DNA of 64,000 bases from positions 2,176,001 to 2,240,000 of the forward strand of contig OY969934.1 of assembly GCA_963704725.1 (NCBI GenBank). The letters are read 5' to 3'. Below, piece by piece: positions 50,008-60,224 of this stretch (positions are counted from its first letter, which is position 1; the number at the start of each line of letters is the position of its first letter). Made by a program: the position numbers and the translations under genes. The DNA comes from an uncultured Actinomycetes bacterium (GTDB lineage: Bacteria > Actinomycetota > UBA4738 > HRBIN12). A model generated the notes under the pieces. That model saw nothing but the letters and a program-made list of their open reading frames with translations. It was not told where the DNA came from and searched no databases.

Positions 50008-51038
50008 CAGGGCGCGACGGGCGTGCTGCGAACCGGAGCGTCGACGGCGACGTCACCGTCCACGTGCAGGCCCTGTTCCTCGGGCACGAGCCTGCCCCGT
50101 TGCTGCAGGGTCCGGAACAGCTCGACGGTGGCGGCGATCGCTTCCGGGAGTGGCGTCACCGGTGGCGGCCCGATGGTCTCGAGCCCACCGGTGTCGATGT
50201 CGTCGGGGAACGGCAGCGGATCGGGCTTGAACGTGATCCCGTCGGCCGCCCCGCCCACCACTCGGCGCAGAGCGTCGACCACCTCGGAGATCGCCGCGCG
50301 GGACCCGTTCAGGTTGAAGACGTTGGCGCCGCCCGCCGAGACCGCCGATGCCGCGGCGAGCGCCCCGGCAGCGTCGGGGGCGTAGTGGAACAGGGTCGAA
50401 CCGCCGAACCCGATCTCGTAGCGGCACCCCAGCACCGCCGCCACGATCGCCTTCGTCGGCGAGCTCGTGAGTCCCTGATCCCGGCCCGGCCCGAACACGG
50501 TCATGGGCCGGATGCCGATGCTCGAAACGCCGAAGTCCTCCCAGTACGCCCGCGCCGTCCCTTCGTTGGCGAGCTTGTAGGCGCCGTAGTGGCTCGCCGG
50601 TCGGGGCACGGTGTCGCGTGTCACGCTCCCGCCCTCGACCCGGTCGAACACCGCCATCGAGCTCGTGTAGACGACGCCGGGCAGGCTCGCCCTGCGCGCC
50701 GCCTCGAAGAGGTTCACCGTTCCGACGACATTCACGAGGGCACCCATCGGGGGATCGGCCCGGCAGAACGGGAGCTGGAGCGCTCCGAGGTGGATGATCC
50801 TGGTCACGCCCTCGGCGGCGATGATGCGCTCGACGGTCGCGAGGTCGGTGATGTCGCCCTCCACGAGAAGGACCTGCTCGAGCTGATCGGGCGTCGCGAC
50901 CAGCTCGAGCCGCCTCGCGTCGCGGGATCGATCGAGAGCCACGACCCGGATGCCTCTGCCGACCAGCTCGCGGACCGTCCATGCTCCGATGCATCCCAGG
51001 GCGCCGGTGACGAGCACGGTGTCGTCGTTCGTTCCCAT
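50007..51038 (-). CDS. Extended SDR (NAD-dependent epimerase/dehydratase family)
   Basis: 'VTGALGCIG', 'IIHLGA', 'YTSS', YxxxK 'YGAYK'. Confidence 0.85.
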   Translation of the reverse strand: MGTNDDTVLVTGALGCIGAWTVRELVGRGIRVVALDRSRDARRLELVATPDQLEQVLLVEGDITDLATVERIIAAEGVTRIIHLGALQLPFCRADPPMGALVNVVGTVNLFEAARRASLPGVVYTSSMAVFDRVEGGSVTRDTVPRPASHYGAYKLANEGTARAYWEDFGVSSIGIRPMTVFGPGRDQGLTSSPTKAIVAAVLGCRYEIGFGGSTLFHYAPDAAGALAAASAVSAGGANVFNLNGSRAAISEVVDALRRVVGGAADGITFKPDPLPFPDDIDTGGLETIGPPPVTPLPEAIAATVELFRTLQQRGRLVPEEQGLHVDGDVAVDAPVRSTPVAP

Positions 51039-52360
51039 CAGACCCCCTCAACCTCGGGCGCGGACCATTCCGGCCCCAGAGGGTAAGAGAAGGCCCTGAT
51101 CGACGACGGGTGCATCGTGATGCTGAACCCGGGCGCGGTGGGGGCGACGTAGCGACCGTTGCGCACCTCGGCGGGGTGGACGAAATGCTCGTGGAGGTGG
51201 TCGACGTACTCGACGACCCGTCCCTGCATCGACCCGCTCACCGCCACGAAGTCGAACATCGCGAGATGCTGGACGTACTCGCAGAGCCCCACGCCGCCGG
51301 CGTGCGGGCAGACCGCCACGTCGAACTTCGCCGCCATCAACAGGACCGCGAGCACCTCATTGACGCCACCGAGCCGGCACGGGTCGATCTGCGCGAACCG
51401 GATCGCGTCGCTCTGGAACAGCTGCTTGAACATCACCCGGTTGTGACAGTGCTCGCCCGTGGCGACGCCGATCCCCGCCGGCTCGAGCGCCCGCGCGATG
51501 CGCGCGTGGCCGAGAACGTCGTCAGGGCTGGTCGGCTCCTCGATCCACCACGGGCGGAACCGGGCCAGCTCCCCCATCCACGCGATGGCCTGATCGACGT
51601 CCCACACCTGATTGGCATCGAGCATGACGAACCGGTCGTCTCCGACCTCCTCGCGGACGATTCCGGCCCGGCGCACGTCCTCCTCCAAGTCACGACCGAC
51701 CTTCAGCTTGAAGTGTTGCCAGCCCTCGGCCACCGCGGCGCGACACAGCGCGCGCACCCGCTCCTCCGAATACCCGATCCACCCGATCGAGGTGGTGTAC
51801 GCCGGGTACCCGTGCGACAGGACCGTGGCGATCCGCTCGTCGCGGCCCGGAAGGGCCTCCTTCAGGATCGCCGTCGCCTCGTCCGGCGTGAGCACGTCCG
51901 TGAGGTACCGGAACGGGATGGTCCGGACGAGCTCCTCGGGAGACAGGTCGATCAACAGCCTCCACAGGGGTTTGCCTTCGGACTTCGCGTACAGGTCCCA
52001 CACGGCGTTGACGACGGCGGCGGTGGCGAGATGGATCACCCCCTTCTCCGGCCCGACCCACCGCAGCTGCCCGTCGTTCACCAACGAGGACCAGAAGGCA
52101 CCCAGGTCCGAGGTGAGCGACTCGACGGTGCGGCCCACGACGAGCGGCGCCAGCGTCCGGATGGCCGCGACGCACAGCTCGTTCCCGCGCCCCGTCGTGA
52201 ACGTCATGCCGTGACCGGACAGCCCTCGGGCGTCGGTCTCGAGGATCACGTAGGCGGCCGAGTAGTCGGGGGCCTCGTTCATGGCGTCGGATCCGTCGAG
52301 CCAGCGGGACGTCGGGAAGCGGACGTCCACGGCAACGAGATCGACGATGGTTGTCGTCAT
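51038..52360 (-). CDS. L-fuconate dehydratase (enolase superfamily, ENOSF1-like)
   Basis: 'RFPTS...GSDAMN..PDYSAAY', 'LRWVGPEKGVIHLA', 'KLKVG', 'DANQ', 'IEEPTSPDD', 'ATGEH', 'PHAGGVGLCE', 'EYVDHLHEHF'. Confidence 0.92.
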   Translation of the reverse strand: MTTTIVDLVAVDVRFPTSRWLDGSDAMNEAPDYSAAYVILETDARGLSGHGMTFTTGRGNELCVAAIRTLAPLVVGRTVESLTSDLGAFWSSLVNDGQLRWVGPEKGVIHLATAAVVNAVWDLYAKSEGKPLWRLLIDLSPEELVRTIPFRYLTDVLTPDEATAILKEALPGRDERIATVLSHGYPAYTTSIGWIGYSEERVRALCRAAVAEGWQHFKLKVGRDLEEDVRRAGIVREEVGDDRFVMLDANQVWDVDQAIAWMGELARFRPWWIEEPTSPDDVLGHARIARALEPAGIGVATGEHCHNRVMFKQLFQSDAIRFAQIDPCRLGGVNEVLAVLLMAAKFDVAVCPHAGGVGLCEYVQHLAMFDFVAVSGSMQGRVVEYVDHLHEHFVHPAEVRNGRYVAPTAPGFSITMHPSSIRAFSYPLGPEWSAPEVEGV

Positions 52361-52402
52361 GGCAGCACTCCGTTCGACGGGAGCGAGTCGCGGTGAGCTC
52401 GA

Positions 52403-52462
52403 GGGGTCGACCGAGCTCCGTGCCCGGAGGACGGCAAGAGGCACGGAACGCTCGGCGACCCC
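52403..52462. other. Intercistronic stem-loop 3' of the binding-protein gene
   Basis: GGGGTCG-ACCGAGC-TCCGTGCC ... GGCACGGA-ACGCTCGG-CGACCCC imperfect inverted repeat; may stabilise the SBP mRNA (inference). Confidence 0.5.
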
Positions 52463-52473
52463 CCGATCTCGCT

Positions 52474-53478
52474 CTATGCGAACTCGCCGACGTTGTCCGG
52501 CGTCACCATGGCCGTTCCGGTGTCCACGAACGGCTCGACCGTCCCGCCCGTGACCACCTGGTACAGCGTCTCCATCCCGAGCTCGCCGATCTTGGGGGGG
52601 AACTGGGCGACCGAGGCATCCTCCGTGCCCGCCGTGATCGCCGCGACCTCGTCGGGCAGCGCATCGAACCCCACCACCACGATGTCCTCGGGGGCGATCC
52701 CGGCGTTGTCGATCGCCTCCAGCGCTCCGAGGATCGGCGGCCCGCAGGCGCCGTAGATCGCGGTGACGTCCGGATGCGCCGTGAGGACGTCCTCGGCGGC
52801 GGCCACCCCCTTGACCTGGTCGCAGTCCGTCGGGACCTGCTGGACGATCTCGATGTCGGCATCGCCCAGTCCCTGGACCATCCCCTCGACACGGGCGTCG
52901 AGCGCCGGCACCCCGGGCACACCCTCGAGGACCGCCAGCGTCGATCCGGGCTCGAGGTTCTCGGCCAGCCATTGACCGGCGAGCATGCCGCCCGCGAGGT
53001 TGTCGGTCGCGACGACCGAGGACTTCCCGTCCCAGTTCGGCAGGTCGTTGTCGAGCAGGACGATGTCCACCCCGGCGGCGATCGCCGCGTCGAGGGCCGG
53101 CTGCACCGCCTCTCCCGTGGGCGTGATCGCGATGCCGTCGACACCCTGGGTCACCATCGACTCGATCAGCGCGATGACGCCCTCGTCGTCCGTCGCGGAC
53201 TCTCCCATGCCGGTGATAAGCTCGACGTCGGGGTGGGTCTCCGCCCAGGCTTTCGCTGCGTCCTCGATGACGAAGAAGAAGTCGACGGGGAACTTGGTGA
53301 TCAGCCCCAGCTTGTAGCTCCCGCCTGCGGTGCCGGTGGTCGAAGTCTCCGAGCCGGTGGTTTCTCCGGTAGGGCTAGTACCGGCACCGGCGGAGTCCTC
53401 TCCGTCACCGCAGGCGGCTGCAAGCAGCGCCAGGACCGCGGCCGCGGCCACCACCAGCCGAAGTGCTCCTCTTCTCAT
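52474..53478 (-). CDS. Sugar ABC substrate-binding lipoprotein (RbsB-like)
   Basis: Lipobox 'AAAC'; 'VATDNLAGG', 'VVGFDA', 'VAQFP', 'VDTG'. Confidence 0.9.
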   Translation of the reverse strand: MRRGALRLVVAAAAVLALLAAACGDGEDSAGAGTSPTGETTGSETSTTGTAGGSYKLGLITKFPVDFFFVIEDAAKAWAETHPDVELITGMGESATDDEGVIALIESMVTQGVDGIAITPTGEAVQPALDAAIAAGVDIVLLDNDLPNWDGKSSVVATDNLAGGMLAGQWLAENLEPGSTLAVLEGVPGVPALDARVEGMVQGLGDADIEIVQQVPTDCDQVKGVAAAEDVLTAHPDVTAIYGACGPPILGALEAIDNAGIAPEDIVVVGFDALPDEVAAITAGTEDASVAQFPPKIGELGMETLYQVVTGGTVEPFVDTGTAMVTPDNVGEFA

Positions 53479-53554
53479 CCGTCGACCTCCTTCCCCTCGC
53501 GGCGCTCCCGCCGCCCGACATGCACGATCGATGACGTTCCGCAGACTCCTCCCC

Positions 53555-54315
<761 letters not shown>

Positions 54316-54319
<4 letters not shown>

Positions 54320-55395
54320 GGTCGGCTCGCTTGGATGACGCGGAGCCGTTCCTCCAGCCGGCCCCGCAGGACGTCGGACTCGACCGCGACCAGGATGACG
54401 ATCCCGAGCACGATGAGTTGGAAGAACGAGTCGAGATTGGCCAGGTTCATCGCGTTGCGGATCACGCCGATCATCAACGCTCCGACCAGGGCGTGGCCCA
54501 CCTTGCCCCGGCCTCCGAGGAAGCTGGCTCCCCCGATAATGACGGCCGCGATGGCATCGAGCTCGGCCAGATCGCCGAACGTGGGCGCTCCGGCGTTCGT
54601 CCGTCCGGCGGTGAGGACGGCGGCGATGCCCGCGGTCAACCCGCTGAAGACGTACACGGAGATCAGGACCGCCGACGTCGGGATCGCCGTGCGACGGGCC
54701 GCCTCGAGGTTCCCGCCCACGGCGTAGATCCACCGGCCCCACACCACTCGCGTCTGGAGCATCCACACGGCGACGGCGACGGCGGCGACGACGAAGGTCG
54801 ACACGGGGAGCCAACCCAGGACGGAGTTGCCCCCGATCACGCCGATCACCTCCGGCATCCCCTGAATGGGACGGCCGTCCGCCAGCCACAGCGCCAGACC
54901 TCGCACGAGCGTCAGCGTCGCGAGGGTCACGATGAACGGGTGGGGGATCCGGCCCTTGACGAACAGCACCCCGTTCACCAGGCCCACGGCGAGCCCGGCG
55001 CCGAGCATGACGGCCAGCACGAGGATCGTGGAACCGTCGGACCGGAAGACCATGGCGCCGGCCACCGTTCCCAGCGCGAGCGTCGAGCCGACGGAGAGAT
55101 CGATCCCCCCGGTGACGATCACGAGCAGCTGTCCCAAGCAGAGCACCGAGATCACCGCGGTCTGTGCGAGGACGTTCCCGATGTTCCGAGTCGTGAGGAA
55201 CACGGGGGTCACGGCGGCGACCACCAGGGTCAGGATGATCAGGATGAGCACGGGCCCCGCCCGCAGGAGCAGCAGCGCGACCCGCAAGGGGGCGTCGCGC
55301 CGGGCGGGATGGTCCGATCCGTGATCGGCCGGATCCCGCTCACCCGCCGTGGCCGCTCCTCGACCAGGGCGCCCCGGCGGTTCCGCAGACGACAT
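54316..55395 (-). CDS. Sugar ABC permease (RbsC-like)
   Basis: 'GGIDLSVGS', 'PFIVTL', 'YAVGGNLEAA', 'ELDAIAAVIIGG'. Confidence 0.9.
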
Positions 55396-55533
55396 GGCCG
55401 ACCCGGCCGGTTCGCGACCCTCCAGGTCGCTCGCTCGCTCCCCCACCGCTCGCCCCCTCGACCCCCGAATAGTCGGGTGTATCCTGCGGCTTGCGCGCCT
55501 CCCGACGCGAGATCGCGTACAGTACGGCATCAA

Positions 55534-55544
55534 ACATCGGATGT
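55534..55544. promoter_or_regulatory. Putative FadR/GntR operator palindrome
   Basis: ACATC-G-GATGT between divergent operons, just downstream of TACAGT (55518-55523). Confidence 0.55.
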
Positions 55545-55569
55545 CTAGCCCGACGTTGAGGAGTCCGAC

Positions 55570-56265
55570 GTGTCAGCGCCACTGACCGAGGCCGCGATCC
55601 GCCACATCCGGGAGATGATCGCCAGGGGCGCCCTCACCCCTGGGGCGAAGCTGCCGCCGGAGGCCGAGCTGGCCACCGAGCTGGGGGCCTCGCGCAACAC
55701 GGTTCGCGAAGCCGTGCGAGCCCTCGTCACGGCGGGCGTGGTCGACGTGCGTCGAGGCGACGGCACCTACGTGACCAGCCTGCGACCGGAGCAGCTGCTC
55801 GAGGGCATCGGGGCGGCCGCCGAGCTGATGGCGGACGGCTTCTCGCTCGAGCTGATCCAGGTCCGTCGCATCCTGGAGCCGGCGGCCACCGCCCTTGCCG
55901 CCTTGCTCATCGATGAGGAGGCCGTGGCCCGGCTCGAGACCCTGCTCGATCGCATGCGCTCCGCCGAGAGCGAGGAGGTGCTGGTCCAGGCGGACAGCGA
56001 CTTCCACCTGATGGTCGCCTCCTGCTCGGGCAACACCACACTCGCCTCGATGCTGAGTGGCCTGTCCACCGGGATGACGCGGTCGAGGATCTGGCGGGGC
56101 GTGATCGAGGACAACGCCAGGACCCAGACGATCGACCAGCACGCGCAGATCCTGCACGCCCTTCGCGCCCGCGACCCGATCCTGGGGGAAGCCGCGGCGC
56201 TGATCCACGTCGCGACCACCGAGGCGTGGTTCCGGCGGTTGATCGACAGCGCGCCGGTGCCGTGA
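55570..56265 (+). CDS. GntR/FadR family regulator
   Basis: 'KLPPEAELATELGASRNTVREAV...RRGDGTYV'; FCD domain 'DSDFH...SGN'. Confidence 0.92.
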   Translation: MSAPLTEAAIRHIREMIARGALTPGAKLPPEAELATELGASRNTVREAVRALVTAGVVDVRRGDGTYVTSLRPEQLLEGIGAAAELMADGFSLELIQVRRILEPAATALAALLIDEEAVARLETLLDRMRSAESEEVLVQADSDFHLMVASCSGNTTLASMLSGLSTGMTRSRIWRGVIEDNARTQTIDQHAQILHALRARDPILGEAAALIHVATTEAWFRRLIDSAPVP

Positions 56266-56314
56266 TGGGGCGGGCGATCGGCGGTCTCGGCGGCAGATCC
56301 GAGCGAGGCGGCCG

Positions 56315-57160
56315 TTGAAGATCGTCCGATACGTCCATCGGGGACGCGAGGGGGTCGGCGTCGTCTCGAACGGCACCATCGTGCCTGCGGGGGCGGAGGT
56401 CTTCGCTCCGATCCCCGGCGGGGATCCCATCCCGCTCAGCGCGGTCAGGCTCCTCTCCCCGGTCGGTCCCGGCGCCAAGATCATCTGCATCGGGCGCAAC
56501 TACGCCGATCACGCCGCGGAGGACGGCGCGGCCGTCCCCGATGCACCCCTGATCTTCGCCAAGCTCCCGAACAGCCTCGTCGGACCGGGCGACCGGATCG
56601 TGGTGCCGCCCATCAGCGAGCAGGTCGACTTCGAGGCCGAGCTCGGCGTGGTCATCGGAACGCGAGCACGAGCGGTGCCGTCGACGCGAGCCCGGGAGCA
56701 CATCCTCGGATACACCTGCGTCAACGACGTCTCGGCGCGCGACCTGCAGCTGGGCGATCAGCAATGGACCCGAGGCAAATCGCTCGACACGTTCTGCCCG
56801 GTCGGTCCCTGGATCGTCACGCCGGACGAGATCCCCGATCCCACCGCGCTGAGCATCCGCTGCCTGCTCAACGGGGACGTGATGCAGGACGCCTCGACCG
56901 CCGACATGGTGTTCGACGTCGATTCGCTGATCAGCTTCATCACGCAGGGGATCACCCTGGAACCCGGCGATCTCATCGCGACCGGAACCCCGGCGGGGGT
57001 TGGCTTCCTCCGGCAACCGCCGCGGTACCTGACCCCCGGCGACATCGTCCGCGTCGAGATCGAGCACATCGGCTACCTGGAGAACCCGGTGGCGCGGTTC
57101 CCCGCGGGCGGCGGTAACGACCGGATTCCCCCCGCGCTCCCCACCGGACTCGGCCGATGA
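56315..57160 (+). CDS. Fumarylacetoacetate hydrolase (FAH) family protein
   Basis: 'CIGRNYADH', 'DFEAELGVVIG', 'NDVSARD', 'GKSLDTFCP', 'TGTPAGVG'. Confidence 0.92.
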   Translation: MKIVRYVHRGREGVGVVSNGTIVPAGAEVFAPIPGGDPIPLSAVRLLSPVGPGAKIICIGRNYADHAAEDGAAVPDAPLIFAKLPNSLVGPGDRIVVPPISEQVDFEAELGVVIGTRARAVPSTRAREHILGYTCVNDVSARDLQLGDQQWTRGKSLDTFCPVGPWIVTPDEIPDPTALSIRCLLNGDVMQDASTADMVFDVDSLISFITQGITLEPGDLIATGTPAGVGFLRQPPRYLTPGDIVRVEIEHIGYLENPVARFPAGGGNDRIPPALPTGLGR

Positions 57161-58407
57161 AGGTGCGGCTCCCCTACGGACGCCGCGAGATCGAGATGTC
57201 CGTGCCGGAGGACACGAACGTCCTCACTCCGGCGAGCGTGCCTCCGCTCACGGGGCCGGAGTTCGCGCTCAAAGCCGCCCTCCGGTACCCGCGCGGGACC
57301 CGTCCCCTGCGCAGCGTCGCGGCGCCCGGCGCGACCGTGGGGATCAGCATCTGCGACGTGACCCGGGCCTTCCCGGCGAGACAGGTGCTCCCGGTGGTCC
57401 TGGACGAGATCGACGGTGCGCGGGTGACCCTGTTCGTGGCGACGGGAACCCATCGCGTGTCCACCGACGCCGAGCTGGAGGCGATGCTGGGGCCGTCCGT
57501 TCTGCGCCGGGTGAACGTGGTGCAACACGTGGCCGCCGACCGTGACCGCCACGCCAGCGTGGGCCGGATCCCGGGCACACGGACCGACGCCCTCATCGAG
57601 CGGGGCTTCCTGGAACAGGACGTGCGCATCACGCTCGGCTTCATCGAGCCCCACTTCTTCGCCGGCTTCTCGGGCGGACCGAAGATGGTGGCCCCCGGCC
57701 TCGCGGCGATGGAGACGGTGCTCGAGCTGCACTCGGCGGCGCGGATCGGCCATCCGTCGGCCACCTGGGGAGTGCTCGAGGACAACCCCGTTCACGAACC
57801 CATCCGCTGGATCGCGCAGCAGGCGAAGATCGACTTCGCGTTGGACGTCACCCTCGAGGCCGGCGGGCGAATCACGGGCGTGTTCGCGGGCGCTCTTGCA
57901 GAGACCCATCCGGCTGGATGCGGATTCGCCAGGGAGGTCGCGATGGTGCCGGTGGACGAGCCGTTCGACGTCGTGGTCACCACGAATGGCGGCTATCCGC
58001 TCGACCAGAACCTGTACCAAAGCGTGAAGGGCATGAGCGCCGCGGCGCAGATCGTCCGGGAGGGCGGAGCCATCGTCATCGCCTCCGAATGCAGCGACGG
58101 CATGCCGGGCCACGGCCGATACGCCAGTCTGCTCCGGGAAGCGGACGGCCCTCGAGCGTTCCTCGCGAGACTCCCAACGAGGGCGACGGAGCACGACCAG
58201 TGGCAGGTGCAGGTCCAGGCCAAGATCCAGACGCGCGCTCGCGTGTTCGTGAAGGCCGATGGGCTGACCCCGGAGCAGATCAGACGGGCGTGGCTCGAGC
58301 CGATCGACGACGTCGAACAGCTGCTTCGTAACCTCCGCGACCAGGGGGCGAGACGCGTCGCGGTCCTCCCACAGGGCCCGCAGACGATCCCTTACCTCGC
58401 CTCCTGA
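57157..58407 (+). CDS. larA: LarA-family nickel-pincer (NPN) 2-hydroxyacid racemase/epimerase
   Basis: 'CDVTR', 'ATGTHR', 'EPHFFAGFSGGPK', 'LHS', 'GYPLDQNLYQSVKG'; ATGA coupling to FAH gene. Confidence 0.88.
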   Translation: MKVRLPYGRREIEMSVPEDTNVLTPASVPPLTGPEFALKAALRYPRGTRPLRSVAAPGATVGISICDVTRAFPARQVLPVVLDEIDGARVTLFVATGTHRVSTDAELEAMLGPSVLRRVNVVQHVAADRDRHASVGRIPGTRTDALIERGFLEQDVRITLGFIEPHFFAGFSGGPKMVAPGLAAMETVLELHSAARIGHPSATWGVLEDNPVHEPIRWIAQQAKIDFALDVTLEAGGRITGVFAGALAETHPAGCGFAREVAMVPVDEPFDVVVTTNGGYPLDQNLYQSVKGMSAAAQIVREGGAIVIASECSDGMPGHGRYASLLREADGPRAFLARLPTRATEHDQWQVQVQAKIQTRARVFVKADGLTPEQIRRAWLEPIDDVEQLLRNLRDQGARRVAVLPQGPQTIPYLAS

Positions 58408-58450
58408 GGCCCAGCCGTGGGTGGTGCCGATCGAGCTGACCTCGCTCGGC

Positions 58451-59218
58451 TCATGCGCCCTCATACTCGTCGTGCCGGCGCATCCAGAGCTGCCAATCCT
58501 CGTCACCCTCGCCGCGACCCTTCGGCGCGTGATCGAGGATCGGGTAGTACGTCATGACGAACTCCAGTCCGCGCCACGTCGTCGAGTACGCGTGGTACAC
58601 GGCGCTGCCGTCCCGGACGAACGTGCTGAACCCGGGGCTCTCGGTGAGGTATCCCTCGACGTCGGTCGCGGTCGCGCGAGCGTTCTGCTCGACGATCGGC
58701 GGGAACGCGTCCCCAACGTCCTGGCCGGGCAGCGAGACCTGGGCCACCGCTTCGCGAGACTGTTCCTCGGTCTGCGAGAAGCCGAGGTCGAAGTTGAATT
58801 CGCCGGGCGAGGACGAGACCCAAGGCAGGCGCCAGCCCATCCGGCGCTTGTAGGCCTGGAGCTTCTCGAGCGGCGCCTGTGAGACCAGGAGGAGCGTCGC
58901 GTCGCGAGCGTGGAGGTGGGGAAGCACGCCGTCGATGGCGTCGGCGATCGACGAGTTGACCGGGCAGCCGGCCTCGTAGCTCGGGCCGAACATGAAGTGG
59001 TAGACGAGCAGCTGGGACCGCCCGTCGAACAGGTCCCCGAGCGACCTCTCGCCGTCGTCCGTGTCGAAGCGGTAGTCCTGCTCCACCCGCACCCACGGCA
59101 GCTCCCGGCGCAGCTGCGTGATCTCGTCGCCGAGCCGGGTGTGCTCCTTCTCGCGCTTGAGCAGCTCCTCGCGTGCCGCGAGCCACTCGTCACGTGTTGC
59201 GATCGTGTGATCGACCAT
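58451..59218 (-). CDS. DUF899 family thioredoxin-like protein
   Basis: 'WLAAREELLKREK', 'RRELPWV', 'DLFDGRSQLLVYHFMF', 'YKRRMGW', 'WMRRHDEY'. Confidence 0.88.
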   Translation of the reverse strand: MVDHTIATRDEWLAAREELLKREKEHTRLGDEITQLRRELPWVRVEQDYRFDTDDGERSLGDLFDGRSQLLVYHFMFGPSYEAGCPVNSSIADAIDGVLPHLHARDATLLLVSQAPLEKLQAYKRRMGWRLPWVSSSPGEFNFDLGFSQTEEQSREAVAQVSLPGQDVGDAFPPIVEQNARATATDVEGYLTESPGFSTFVRDGSAVYHAYSTTWRGLEFVMTYYPILDHAPKGRGEGDEDWQLWMRRHDEYEGA

Positions 59219-59229
59219 CGTTCTCCTCC

Positions 59230-60018
59230 TCAGTCATCCAGACTGCCCATCGCCAAGTTCACGGTCGTTCCCGTCATGCCACTCGCCTCGTCGGACGCCA
59301 TGAAGACCGCCGCGTTGGCCAGCTCCACGAGCGTCGAGAGCCGTCGCGTGTGGGTCCGGCTCGCCAGGGAGTCGTGGAACTGATCCCAGGTCATCCCCGA
59401 TGCCTCGGCGTAGGACTCGAAGGCGTCCCTGATCCGAGCCGTCTCCGGGATGCCCTGCGGTCGCAGACCGACCACGCGGATCCCCTGCGGTGCGAGCTCG
59501 GCGGAGAGACCCCGTGTGAGTGCCTCCACAGCCGCCATCGCCGGACCGCCGCCTCCCACGGAAGGGACGCCCGCCCTGGAGGGAGTTGCGGTGACGGTCA
59601 TGATCACGCCCGATCCGGTCACGAGCATCCGCCGGGCGGCCAGGCGTGCGGTCAGGAAGTACGACCTCGTGTACGTCGCGATGGGCAGGGAGAACTGCTC
59701 GACGTCGATCTCGACGAGGGGCGCACGGATCTTCGGGTTCGGGATGCCGATCGCGTTGAACGAGATGTCGAGGCGGCCCACCCGGTCGACCACGGACTCG
59801 AGATGCTCGTCCACCGCCCGCTCGTCGAGGGCGTCGACCTCCGCCGCCTCAGCGGATCCCCCTGCCGCGGCGATGTCCTTGGCAACCACTTCGACGGGCG
59901 CCAGGGAGCGCCCGGCGAGGAAGAGATGGGCTCCCTCCGACGCCAAGGCGCGTGCGAGGGCGCCGCCGATCGCGCCTCCGGCCCCGTAGACCACCGCCAC
60001 CTTGTCCTTCAGCATCAT
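59230..60018 (-). CDS. SDR family oxidoreductase (atypical; no YxxxK seen)
   Basis: 'KVAVVYGAGGAIG', 'LDISFNAIG', 'AELAPQGIRV', 'FMASDEASGMTG'. Confidence 0.85.
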   Translation of the reverse strand: MMLKDKVAVVYGAGGAIGGALARALASEGAHLFLAGRSLAPVEVVAKDIAAAGGSAEAAEVDALDERAVDEHLESVVDRVGRLDISFNAIGIPNPKIRAPLVEIDVEQFSLPIATYTRSYFLTARLAARRMLVTGSGVIMTVTATPSRAGVPSVGGGGPAMAAVEALTRGLSAELAPQGIRVVGLRPQGIPETARIRDAFESYAEASGMTWDQFHDSLASRTHTRRLSTLVELANAAVFMASDEASGMTGTTVNLAMGSLDD

Positions 60019-60095
60019 CGCCGACTCCCCTTCCTCCTCTCTCGGTCTCACATCGACGGCACGAGCCGAGGTTCGGGCGTTGTCATGCACGGGTG

Positions 60096-60158
60096 GACAC
60101 CGCCGAGACGCGAAACTGGGCGATCGGCCGCCGCCCATTCCTCGGCGTACGAGGTGTC
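60096..60158. promoter_or_regulatory. Back-to-back putative ECF promoters GCCCA-N15-GGTGTC
   Basis: Minus copy 60096-60121, plus copy 60133-60158, identical spacing. Confidence 0.6.
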
Positions 60159-60224
60159 TATCTGAGTAACTGGGTCCCACATCCCTGGGAGAGCGGAGTC
60201 GAGCGGTGATGGGAGGATGGAGTC

